From contig DF237275.1 of NCBI GenBank assembly GCA_000708835.1, positions 1 to 64,000 on the forward strand: DNA of 64,000 bases, given 5' to 3'. The notes beneath the pieces were generated by a model, which saw only the letters and a list, made by a program, of their open reading frames with translations, did no database searches and was not told the DNA's origin. The position numbers were made by a program, and so were the translations under genes. The stretch is from Klebsormidium nitens (taxonomy: Eukaryota > Plantae > Klebsormidiophyceae). Position 1 is the stretch's first letter. Every line of letters starts with the position of its first letter. Below are positions 1-12,083 of this stretch, in pieces.

Positions 1-196
1 GCGTTTGGACCAAAATGTTCGATTCTGAAGCGTTGACTGCGCCGCCCGCGCAGCCCAGACCGGGAAAATCTCGCACCGTTATATGGTCAAATATAGAGAC
101 CCAGACTGTACGTTTTATCGTCGAACACAGCCAACCCAAGCAGGTCGAACGGCAGGCCCGCGCCGCGGCGTCGTACAGTGGCCGAAAGGCCGATCC

Positions 197-3100
197 CTAT
201 GGTTCCTCTCTTCCTAAGAGGAAGAGGCGAGCCAATATCGAACAGATCTGCATGCTGATTGCTACAAATAATTTCAGTCACGATCTTATCACCAAGAAGA
301 GTCACGAGCTTTCACCAAGAAAGAGTCCAGAAAAAAGTAACTTTGGAGTAATGAAGTACCGCCGTCGCACCTGCTGGCTGTCCTTGATCTCCTGGTACGA
401 CTCCGTGATGATGGCGACGAACATCTGCATGAGAATGAACCACACGACGCCGGCGTACGTGTAGAACAGAATGGGCGCCATGATGGCGTTCGCCTGCACC
501 ATGGAGTCGTAGTCGATGTCGCCCAAAATAAGCCGCACCAGCGAACCGAGCGAGGCGCCCAGCGTGCGCCACCGGTACACCTACAGGGGTAAGCGCGAGA
601 CAGGCTGTTAGGGTGTGGTTCCGTGAACTCAGGGCGTGAGAAAGCGAAATACTTGGTGCTCTTTTCTGGTGGAATCAGAGAGCTTCTGGTCCGATCTACT
701 CCATTCGCGGAGTGCTATGGCCTCTTTTGGCTTCTGCTTCGACACTTTGTATTTGCGGAGTGAATGCTGTTAGTTGGAATTGAAGGGCTCAGTACCTTGA
801 CGGGTGAAACAATCGACTTGTCTAAAAGCAGGGGGGAGAAAGCGCCTAATGTAAAGTTCGGAAACCCCTTCTGTGTACCTTTCCACGTCGCTCGTTCTTG
901 ATTTAGGTTTACCAACAAAACAGTTCAGCCTCCTTCAAGAGGCACATGCTTCTTCCTTGTGGTTGATGCAGCGACTCCGCCTTCTTACCTCTGATTGACT
1001 CGAAAAGATTCCGCATCGCTGTTTCTGGAAAAAGCATATGTCTTACCTCCATCCCGAAGCAGACGTAGAACGCTGCGCTGAAGCCGAACATGATGATGAC
1101 CGCCGTGACGGAGAAGAGGCATAAGTCGACGGCCGCGAGCGTCAGCGTCGAGAGGATGACCTCCATGCGGGGAACGCGGCTCAGGAACTTGAACAGCTTG
1201 AAGTAGACCAGGAAGAAGTTGAGCGCGCTGACGTTGAGCTCCTGCGCCGCGAAACGGGGGCACATCAGCTTTCTCTACGGCAAGAGCGCAACGCTTAGGA
1301 GGGATCGTAACACCGGAGGACCCCCCGAGAAGGTGAGGCACCAGTTGGGGGTGCGACGGAGAGCGACTTTGCGTGGAATGTTTGGAAACGATAAGGACGG
1401 GGTTAAATGGCGAAGAGACCGAATTATCTCCAGAGCATTCAAGCGCACTTGCGATGGTCAGAGCTAGCTTCCTGGATCACAAACCTTTCCCCAAGGTTTC
1501 GAACATCAGAACGGCCATAGAGACAGAGCAAGAATCCAGTTGCTGTATATTCGGCTTCGTCTGTGCGTGAGGGTTCGTTTCCAAGACCACCAAGTTACAT
1601 GATTTAGAACATAGCGAACGAATTGCATCTAAACCAGACACAAGCCCAGGAAGCTCGCGAAGCACGACGAGGGTAAGTACTGAGCCCTGTTGTTTCCAAA
1701 TACGCACCTGCGTTGACGTATAGCCGATGGCTTGAAAGTCGACGTACTTGGTGGTGTCCGCCTCCAAGCGAAAGCGGTTAAGGCTGACCAGGGCGGTAAC
1801 CCGCAGCGCGATGACCGCGTAAAAGATAACCAGATTCGCCCAGTCGCAGATGTTCCACGCCTGGGAGAAGTATGCCCGCCAGCCCTCCCAGTACAGCTCA
1901 AAGCCTTCCTCCAGAGTGTACCTGGCACAGCACGGCAGTTGCAAGTTAGAACGACTTTACTACATGTTGGCATCCCGTCTGGCTAGATTCTCCTAGAGAG
2001 TCGAGTAAGCGAGGGTCTGATGGTTGAAAGCCCCGGATTGACAATCGCAGAAGCTTTGTACCTAAGAAACTTGATACAAGGAATGCTTTGCTTTGGTAAG
2101 CAGGGGTCAGGGATCGCAAGAAGTTTGAGTGCGAAGCTCTCCATGATAATGTGGGTTGCGTCTGATGACGTGCTGCGATGTGCGTGAACGTCGTTGGCCG
2201 CCAAAAGCATCACGAGTCTTCAAAAGCCAGCCCTAAGCAACTTTTGCGACAATTGGCAATACCGTTACCGGTCGTCAACCAAAGCAGGAAAAGCTCTCAA
2301 TCTAAACAGCGTCCCCTAGGCTGAGTCACTCACCAGGCGACCATGGCGCAGAAAATGATTTCGAACGCGAGCACGACTTTGTCCATTGACGTCACGTATC
2401 TGTACAGCCGGTTCGTCCGCACCACGGGCTTTCCGTACGCTCCCCCGAACGGCGGCAGCTCGAAGAGAACCCGGACGGTGGTGAACAGGTTGTAGTCCGC
2501 CTCAAAGAGGGTTAGGTCTACGATAACCGCGCGGGTTTTGTGGTCGATCCAGTCGTTGGCTTGCAGGAGGGCCATCTGCTGAGAGGCGAGCGCCGAAGCG
2601 CTGCAAGAGACAAGGCGTGGGTCACACTGCGGTGCCACGAGTGAAAATTGAAAACAAAGTGAAGGTGAAGTTTGTTGCCAGAAGACATGTAGTGCCGTCG
2701 ACCTGAGCGGGCGAGGTGTTCGGGGTGTGCACTCCAGCGCTCTTTGCGCCTCTTAGCGCAAGAAATGCTTCTCTATTTCTTGTGCCACATTCCAGAATGT
2801 AGATACTTGTTTGCTGAGGCGACCCACAATGCGATACTGCCCGCAATTGTTGCCCCTCGTCGTACTCTTCCAGAAAGCTCGCTAAAATGCCGCCAGATCA
2901 CTCCCCACAACGAACAGATCGGATTAATGCTGACGTCGTGCTGACGTCATCGTGCTCACTTGCAGGTCTGGCTGCACACGGGGCTGAGGTCCGGCTGGCA
3001 CGCGCACAGTCCGCACTGCGCGTCGCTCGCCAGCTGGAGCAGCTGCTGGAAACCGACGTAGGGCATGCTGGGGCAGACGGCCGCGCAGCGGGATACGTCG

Positions 3101-5709
3101 AGGGAGGGGGGGACGAGCAGCGGGTCGCTCTGGTTGCAGTTTGGAAGAGGAGCGGGTAGAGAGCCTGAACGGAGAATCGTATCGGAGGGTTTAAGGAGCC
3201 TTGCAATATTCTCTGGTTCAGCTGCAATAGGAGAGAATCAGGGATGGACGAGCGGTTCGCTCTGAATGCAGATAGAAGAGGACCGGGGAAGTGGCGGGGG
3301 AAGAAGTTGTAAATTAAACACAGATTGGGTCCTTTCCAGCATCAGCGAGAACAGAGATGTTGTTCCGAGAAGAATGACGAACATTTCCCTTTCCGAGAAG
3401 GATGACAAATGTGTGCCTTTTAGTGGTATATGTCGTCGAAGGTGGGAGCCCCTTGGAACGGATGTTAGACCTATTAGATTGAGGACGCCCTTCAAGGACA
3501 ACAGAGCAGATTGAAAAGGGTGGCCGAAGAACCGACGGGTAAGAAGCATCAAGCAGACTGCTGGTAATGGATGATACGTCTTGAATGTCAAGCCTGCTCT
3601 GGTTGTCTGAGTCTCTATACGGCCTTCAATAGAGGCACTTGAACAGTTTTCTTGTTAGCACTGCAGACCTCCAGGCTTCTCCTCGCTAGACAGTATGTCT
3701 GACGCAGTGCTTACGAGGCTGCAAGGCATTCTCACCATTTTGTGCCATGCGTTGCCCATAAATTGACGGTGCACTGACACCCTGCTTTTGCATGCAGGCT
3801 CGGAGCCCCGCCTCCAAAAATGGCCTGCAGCCTAGCACCAGATTCGCTAGATCCTTCGGCCCAAGGTTCGGGATCAAGTCGAGGGCGAAGCCGTCCTGGG
3901 AATACTTGCTGTAATCGCCAGCCTGGAAGAATGATTGTTGTTTGATTCAGGATTACCTCGAAGTGACATTATCCAAGGTTGAGGTAGATCTTGCTGACGC
4001 CGTTCTCTGCGTTTTTTATTGTTTTTTTGTGTAGATGCGACCCACAGCTGAATTTTTCTCTAAAACTTGAAGAATCTTTGGAAAAATGATCATCTGATCA
4101 CATGTACTGTATCGTAGTCGAGCTTAAAGCTAGGTCCACGAAGCGCACCATTGCATCAACCCAGAAGCAGAAACGTTTTCAAAACATTGACCACTTGGAC
4201 GACAGAATGTCGTGCACCATCGGCTTGCGCCAATCTGTTTTTGCAGATCAGAGATAGCTGCAAAACTGAAAATTCCAGACGAACCAGGCTTCGCCAATTG
4301 AAGATCGCCACGGACTCGAGATCAACAAACAAACCAGACTAGCCCAGGCTACCCGCGACCTTCGCATGAGCCCTCTCACCTGCCAGTACCAGGAGGAGGT
4401 GTTCAGCGCGCCGTAGTCTTGGTACAAAAGCGGCAGCGTGAAGTTCTGCGGTGGTGCCAGGTCCGCTAAGACCGGATCATGATCCCGGTTGCTGGAGCTG
4501 TACGGTGACGTGCACTGCTGAATTTGTCCGTAGACCTGCTTGAGGCTACCCGGGATCTGGCACGGAACGTCGCGGCTGCGCACCTGACGCAGGCGGATGC
4601 CCCCGGCCAGGCGAGCCTGTGCAGAGAGAAGAAGTGGTTTTTGTAGAAGCTATGCGGTGAAGAACGCAGAACTCAATGAAAAACTCAATCCCCTAACGCA
4701 AAACGGAGAGCAAAAAAGACAAAGAGACTGAAAGAAATGTAGACCCGTCAATACCATCCGGGATTGTAAAGGGTGCTTCAACATATTCTATAGCTTGATG
4801 TCCGGCCAACAGTCATGTCTTCAAGCAGACCACTCTAAAGAGTCAGGACGTCTTGAGATGACAACCAAATACGCTATGCGTATTCACTGGTCAAGTAGAT
4901 ACTGTTCTGAAAGCTTTGATAGCCTGTTGTCCCGAGTGGTGTGCTTGAACCAAGCTGTTTGAGCAGGGCGCGAGTACTCATGGACTGGGGTCTCATCTTC
5001 AAGCAGAAGAATAATCTTTGTCAGCAAAGCAGGCGCTCGAGGCCATCAATCCCCCATCGGTATAAGGAAATTCAAAAGAGCAGTTTGAATTTATGTTTCC
5101 TTGGAAAGGGGTGGTGATTGGTTCTAGGTGTGATTATGGACAAATGATGGCCACAAACATTCACTGAACTATTTACTGTTGATCAGCATTCAGAAGCTTT
5201 GTTCTTAAGAAGAAAAAAATCCTTGGGTTTGAGGATAAGAACATTTACAAGTAGAAGAAGGTTTCACGCAGTACCTCAGAATGGGAAACTAAAGCAAATT
5301 TAAACAGTCATGCGCATACCTGACCCAGAACATATAGACGACTGGTGCGGTCCAACAGCCCCCCATTGTAGTCAACCTGAGGATAGGTGGTGGTCAAAAA
5401 GGTGTTCTCCAACCAAGTCCAAATGTCAGCAACCTGGTTGACGTCGGTTGGACCCCAGACACTTTTTGCTTCCGTAGTCAGGTGGTATTGAGTGATCCCG
5501 GGCTTTGAGCAAAAGCTGACAAAAGAGAAGACTGCAACAAATGCAAGATACAACAGAAACTCCCGCAGCAGCTTGCTCTCATCGTACACCTGCTTCAACT
5601 TCTTTGCGGCCTTCTTGGCTGCGCTGACATCACCCAGACTATCGCTGACTTCATGCGAGGCAGCTGGACGTAGCTTGGAGGGCAGAGGGTGGACTCTCGT
5701 CAAACCCAT
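197..5709 (-). CDS. PKD2: Polycystin-2 (PKD2/TRPP)-like cation channel, about 670 aa, 9 predicted exons
   Basis: Phase-consistent exons (minus): 5709-5320, 4616-4380, 3922-3736, 3221-2960, 2600-2334, 1921-1708, 1241-1047, 580-371, and a tentative last exon 247-197. All have GT/AG boundaries. Motifs: TM1 REFLLYLAFVAVFSFV, IRLRQVRS, WIDHKTRAVIVDLTLF..YNLF..VRVLFELPPFGG, WNICDW, FKLFKFL, pore LGDIDY, S6 FILMQMFVAII.ESY. The C-terminal exon is uncertain and the gene could run off the window. Confidence 0.93.
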
Positions 5710-6854
5710 GCTAGGGCTGAGCTAGAAAGGGGCTGCATCACAGCTCATATGCTGCTGAATAGTTTGCCAAAGTGACCCATGTGCAATGTTGGACTCTGCT
5801 ACAGAGCTGCGTTTGCGCCACATTGTAAGTGACAGCTAGCTTCAACATAAACATTGACGACCCATGGCGTCTGGTTCGAAGACCTTGATGAGGCTTGAGC
5901 TCAAATGCAGAGACTCCTGAAGTAGGAGAGCTCGCATCTCTGCACCATATATCTGGGCACGCGCTAGGGTCCCATGGCAAAGGGGCAGGGCGGACTTGGT
6001 TCTCCCGCCATCAACTTAGGTAGGTCCGACCCGTACATGGCTGCAGTGCAGGAAGAGCTGAGGTCCGAGCAGGTGCTAGGATATAGACTTGGTAGCTGCG
6101 TGCAGGACTACATAGGTATCGTGTCCGAACCCTTGCTAACAAAAGATCCGCAAAGGAGAGACTTTTCGCTCGCGCGCACGGCTCTCGGTTTTCGACAGCT
6201 GCTCCCTGCTAGGCCCCAAAACCCTTCGTCGTCGAAAGTAACCGAGGAACTTTTGGAGCACGTGTCTATGAACCTACAAGTCTACTGCTTAAGACTATAC
6301 ACACACCGTCGGCGTCAGTGCCTGTGGCGGAGAAGGCGGCAGCTTGCTCAAATTGAACAGAGAGAATTTCACTCAGCCGCATTGCATGGGTGCCCCTTGA
6401 GTTCAAACTTGGGACTCCTTGCTCTGCACAGACGAAGCTGGAGGTCTATGTCAGCAGCCAGCCCCCCCGTGCTCTTTCCAAGATTTGACGCCTTGGCCGC
6501 CAGCTAAACAGGCCCTTGCAGACAGTCCAGCTGAAGAGTTCTTCCATGACGTCTTCCGCTCCACATATTTGCATGAATTTCGACGATGCTAACAGTCTGC
6601 ATCTGTAACACATGCTCCTTCCGGAGTATAGAGGTCTAGGGGTTAGCTTTTGGGACCTGAAGGCCTCCTAGCGGGTATCGCAAATTGCTACAGGATGAAG
6701 CAGGCCCCATACTCTCTCACAATGCTTTGCAAATGAGGGCAGCTCTGCCTTTGACGGAAAGGCAAAAGGCATTCTGCTTGCAGGAGTGCACTAGTGCTTC
6801 ACAATGAGTTGTCGCTGAGAAAAGGACGGTCTTCTTAATGACCAGATTTCAACC

Positions 6855-9483
6855 ATGGTGCAAGGAGGTGTGGAAAGGAAAGGTTAAGTCCAGAAAAGCT
6901 CTTCACAAAGCTCTTCTTCATAATTTCCTTTTCCCCTGCGAGTATGGCGAAGTGGTCCCTTAAGTGACTGTCTGGCGCCACCTTTTTCCAAATGATGACT
7001 TCTATGAGGACCGCGAACTTCTCCTCTGAAAGTTCAGAGTTGATCGAGAGCAAGATAGGCCGCATGCCCTTCCATTTGACGACCTCTTCACAAAGATGTA
7101 AATTGTTTTTGCAGATGCCTTCAAGAGCCACCTTCACAGCCACGCCCTGCGATTTTCACTGGCAGGAGTCAGCAACATGACAGCTGCAGCAATCACGAAT
7201 CCTGTCAACGTTGTTAAAGTCAGGATGCAGCTTGACGGGGCTCTTGTTGCTGGCCAGGTGCGAATTTGCTGAGAGTGGAAGTTTGGTCACGTGTTGATTG
7301 CAGCAAGCACGTCTCGCTGAGAGTACATGGAAATAAGGACGACTGCATTCCGCAGGAAACATCTGGTGGTCAGAAAGTTTTCTCGTGATCAAAGCGCGAC
7401 AATCATCTTGAAAGCCAACCTTAGTGCAAATGATCAAGAAGTTGCAATCTCTGGGCCAAAAAGGCATTGGGCCCCCGCTCAAGTGCCGCAAAACAAATGG
7501 TCCACTGGCGTCCTGCGCAAGTTTGAGCTTGGATGTAACAGCTCCACTGAAATAGCGTAAAGCAGCAACGGTTGCAGATGTTGACAGATGCAGTTAGCTT
7601 GCACATTCTTCTCGCTGGCAAGATTGACATCTGTTCCGCTGTCTGTAGGAAAGGTACTACAAGGGCATCTTCCGGGGCATCGCACGCATTGCACAAGAGG
7701 AGGGAGTGCTGGCGCTCTGGAAAGGCACCAGCGCCGCACTCCTGAGAGAGGCATCTTATTCTTCCATCAGGATGGGGGCATATGAGCCTCTCAAGGAGGT
7801 GAATACCTGTGCCCCTCTGCAGCTGATGTCCTGCCACGACGAAAACTCAAGTGACACGCCCACTGACTGCCTAGGTCAACTTGCCTGCATTGGGCATGCA
7901 TACTCCTACTTAGGGGCGAACACGCGTGTCCTTCTCAGCCTCGGAACTTCTTTTCTTCAGGAAGCAAGGCCCTGTACCTGCATACGACTCGTTTCTTTCT
8001 GTGTGTCTATTATTCCATAGATCCTAATGAGTCACAGCATTGCATTCTATAGGGCAGCTGGCATGCATAAAGAGAACTGAAAGCACTGAAGCCTGCTGGG
8101 GCATTTCTGCAAGGCCTTTTCGTCCACATGAACTTGCACACAGACCTAAGGAAGCCTTCCGCCACACTGGTGCTCACATTCTCTAAAGGCCATTGAGTGG
8201 AAAGTTGCACCTCTGAAATCTGCAGTTACTTGGCGCACATGACCCCGCACATACCCCCCTCTGGAAGAAGCTCGTTGCATCCGCTACCGCCGGGATGATC
8301 GGCTCCGCCATCGCAAACCCTACGGACGTCGTCATGATTCGGATGCAAGCCAGAAGAGTTGAGTTGACGCAAAGTCAGGTGTTGCACCGGCCACAAGAAT
8401 ACAAGAGCACACTAGGGGCCTTTCGGCAGATTGCTGCGGAGGAAGGCCTGCGGGGGCTCTACCGGGGCGTCGGGCCTACCGTTCAGCGGGCGGGGCTTCT
8501 GACGGCAGCTCAGGTGACGGGTCTGCTGCAGTCCTGGATGGAATTGGTGTCAGATCGTGTTGGTTTCGCAAATAGAGCAAAGTTCCTGAGTCAGGGATTG
8601 GGGGTTCTCGTGCGCACGCCCTTGCTTCGCTTTCTATCGTTCACCCGACTGCTTTACGGGAGACAGTAAATGTTGTCGAAGGGCTGACCCGGATCAGGCT
8701 CAGACCGCACGATGGCGTTTGAGAGTAGAACAGGATGTGCGGCGAACCCTCCTCCTTTGTAATTATCTGAGTTCTTGAACAGAGACGCGGACACGTGCAT
8801 GCACACGTGGCACGCAGGTGTCCAGCTACGACCACACGAAGCATCTCCTTCTGAGCAGTGGGGCCATGCGGGAGGGCACCGTGTGTCACCTCACGGCTTC
8901 CATGACGGCTGGGCTGATCACCGCGCTGGTGACCGCGCCTGTCGACCTCGTCAAAACCAGGTAGGCTGTCCCATACTTGAAGTTCCAACCCCACCTTGAG
9001 TTGCATGGCGGAAATGACGACGTGCGAAACAGTTCTTTGATCTTGGCCGGACCGGATTGTGCCCAAGTTAGCAGATCGTGTGTTTTTCGGACCTTCCTCC
9101 GAGTACGTCAGGCCGCTGAGAAAAGGATGAGCTCCGGCAGAGGGGCTTCTCTTTCTTTACTTCGTTTTGCAACATTTAGTCGCAACGGCGTGTTCGGATG
9201 ATCTTTCCTGCTTTGTTTTGTTGCCGCTGATGACGAAGTTTCTGAAGTAAAGTCAAAACGGGCGTGCAGGATCATGCAGCAGGCGATACGTGTTGACGGA
9301 AGCAACGCAGGTGCGCTCTATACGTCAGCGACCGATTGTCTTCGAAAGACGTGTGCGACTGAAGGCTTCTTCGGCTTGTACAAGGGGTTCTTTCCTGTTT
9401 GGCTGCGCATTGGTCCTCACACAATAATCACATTTTACGTGTTCGAGAAACTTCGGAAGAGCTTTGGGTTGAAACCTATGTAA
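6855..9483 (+). CDS. Mitochondrial carrier (SLC25), UCP/ucpB-like
   Basis: Exons 7115-7257, 7649-7798, 8226-8513, 8818-8960 and 9270-9483 join in phase. A short first exon 6855-6867 is tentative. Three carrier repeats: TNPVNVVKVRMQ, ANPTDVVMIRMQ, TAPVDLVKTRIM, plus EEG..ALWKG, GLYRG, GLYKGFFP.WLRIGPH. Confidence 0.93.
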
Positions 9484-10109
9484 TCATGATGTTCATTATA
9501 CTCTTCCTTTCTGTGACCTCATGCAAAGGGTTCTCTACTGCCAGGGTTGGATTCGAAATGAATTTGCGACATGTATACGTGGATTCCGAAAGGCTGCTCG
9601 ATATATCTATTGCATGATAATCATGGTGCAACGGCATGTCGCTGAGAAGAGTAGTAATCAGCTGTTGCATATACCGCGAACGTGAGACAAGCTAATCTGT
9701 TGAATCCAGAATAAGTTTCGCCCCGCGGCGATCGTGATGGTGGATTTTGTCGAACGCCAGCTTGCGATAAAGTTGCAAGAATTGAAATGGTACTAGATTT
9801 GCAACGCCAATTTGCACTGTATACCAACCGAGAGAGTACAGTACCTATGTATATTATAAAATGTATTGTCAATAGTTTGATTAGAATTAGTAGTAGGGAA
9901 AAGTGATAGAGTTTTGGTTTCGGTACGTGAATGTCCTAACCTTGTTCCGGAGAAATTTTCATATCTTATTTCATTGTTGGTGTTACATATCAGTCGGACT
10001 CAACTGCGAATCAGGTCTGATGGTAACAATACAAAAATGTATGCTTTTTCAGAATTTCAATGGGTTTGGCACATAATCGGAAAAGACTGCAGATTTACTT
10101 CATAGTTTT

Positions 10110-10245
10110 GCTCTATACAGTTCGCACATGTCAGTTTCCGAATATCATTTTCACACATCATGTTGTACAATAGTATTGCTCTACACAGCTCGCACATGTG
10201 AGTTTTCGAATATGATTTTCACACATTATGCTGTACTAGTATATT
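10110..10245. repeat. 68-bp imperfect tandem duplication (2 copies)
   Basis: gctctatacagttcgcacatgtcagtttccgaatatcattttcacacat... at 10110 recurs as gctctacacagctcgcacatgtgagttttcgaatatgattttcacacat... at 10178. Confidence 0.9.
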
Positions 10246-10569
10246 CATGATGTTCATGATGAGAAACCTGATTTGTTCATTCATACTTTTTGCTGCAAAC
10301 TCAGTGCTGTACGTGGAACGTAGTAGAGTGTAGTAGAGGGCAGTTGGCACAATATTTAGCGGATTGCGATTGCAATTTCATTGTTCAACTAATGAATTGT
10401 CAACAACGAAGATGGCCACTTGATATGACATCACGTGCTTGTTCAGGTCACTTTCATAACCATGTGTTCAAAAGGATGGGAACAATTTCTGTATGTGTCC
10501 AAGGGACTGACTCGACTGTTTTGCAAAATTGACTCAATGATTATACACAGACTAATTTAGGCTAGCTTT

Positions 10570-11740
10570 TTATCTGGTTGCATCACGAGCCCTGTCCTTG
10601 GTATCTTCCCATGCTCCCCGAGCATCACGTCCTGCAGATGCAAGCAGAGAATAGGTCAGAGAACAGATTTATCACCACATCAGGCAGAAAGAATTGCCAA
10701 CTTCCATCAGCATTTGTCAGAACCGTCAGTGTTCTGTAACTTTCTCATCTTGAGAGCGAAGCCATCAAGATCGCTGTCACATAAAGTCAGAGCAGCAGAG
10801 GTGTTATTTCCTATGCAAATAGTCCGAATGTTGTAGAGGTCTCGTACATGTCAAAAGGTATTTCATCCATAGCTTGATCATGCTTGAAGCCACGGTAATA
10901 TCCACGCATAGAAAGCAACTAACTGTCAAGTGAGGTAAGATCATCGAGGGTATCAAACTCACCAGCCTGCTTTGCGTTGTGCTTAACATCATCCGCAGCA
11001 TTGTTGAACTTCCTCTCAGCCTTGTTCCTGTCTCCATTGCTGCAAAAAGCAAAACAAATCATTAGTACACACCTTCCACACCCATCCAGATACATTTGAC
11101 GAATCCATGCACGTTGAATATGAACCCCAGAACTTAGGACGGCCACTCGGCTTGAGTGCAATGGCATGCAATTACCTCTCTCTAAATTGCTCGCTCAGTA
11201 ATGGGTTGTGGCTAACCAGCAAGCCAGGCAATTCATATGTTGCACCAATTGGATACAGTCAAAGTCACAACTTCCCCCATCTATAGGACTTGATAGACAA
11301 GTGCGTTTAAGAGGCCATTACTCTGGAAAGCACTACAGGGCAGCCTTGGCTCAACCATTAGACTACAATTATCTCTGTCCAGCATGTTGTCGAAAGACCA
11401 TTATGCCACAGAGCCCCTACCACTAAGAATAGGTGCAGATTGCATGCAAAACCTTTTGTCATGCTCAATTCCTTGTCTTGAAGATGGTCAGAATCAATCT
11501 GTCAGGCTATCAGCAGCTACCTTTTGAAGGAGAGAAGCAACGCAAAGAAGACAGCGCGCGATTGCTGAGCAATCTTTTCTCTTAGGGAAGCAGCTATTCT
11601 AGCACTTAAAGCTTACAGTGACGTCTGCCAAGCACCGAGTCAAAGCCCTCAAATGCCAAAGTGTCTCACCTGGAGATCACCAGCCATGCAATGCCGGCGG
11701 CGGCCAATACACCCAACCCAGCGAAGAGCTCGTTGGCCAT
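10570..11740 (-). CDS. 69-aa small protein: N-terminal hydrophobic anchor plus LEA/CsbD/YtxH-like hydrophilic helix
   Basis: Exons 11740-11670, 11039-10963 and 10631-10570 have canonical GTGAG donors and CAG acceptors with matching phases (2, then 1). They give MANELFAGLGVLAAAGIAWLVISSNGDRNKAERKFNNAADDVKHNAKQAGRDARGAWEDTKDRARDATR*. The ORF track does not show it. Confidence 0.8.
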
Positions 11741-11950
11741 GTTTCTTACTTAGTTTTGGTAGGAACCTTGGTGAGTTTTTGGAGCGTTTGCAACGGCAAG
11801 GAGGGCAAACTCTCAAGTTGTTGGAATGCAAGAATGTTGATCTGTTCGTTGAAAGGTGGAAGCGATGATTCTTATCCTTCTCCGCCGCGGCGAAGTCTTG
11901 CAACCGCATCTCTGCGAGGTGCATGCATGGCTGCTGGTTCGTTGCAGTCT

Positions 11951-12083
11951 GCTGACGTGGCAGACTCGTATCCGGCAGCGTTACGCACGGTCCCTGCAGG
12001 ATCGCGGGGGCGTTTGAGGAGGAACGAGTCCCGGGCCTGCTGTAGCGCATCATCCGGACTTGGCCACCTGGCAAGCCCACGTC
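11951..12083. promoter_or_regulatory. Two GACGTGG (G-box/ABRE-like) motifs upstream of the LEA-like gene
   Basis: GCTGACGTGGC at 11951-11961 and CCACGTC at 12077-12083, about 210-340 bp upstream of the ATG at 11740. Function is inferred only. Confidence 0.35.

Noticed and set aside
5974-6507. 177-aa ORF between the divergent PKD2 and carrier genes
   Set aside because: No ATG context, recognisable motif, codon bias or splice partners. It is probably bidirectional promoter/UTR sequence.
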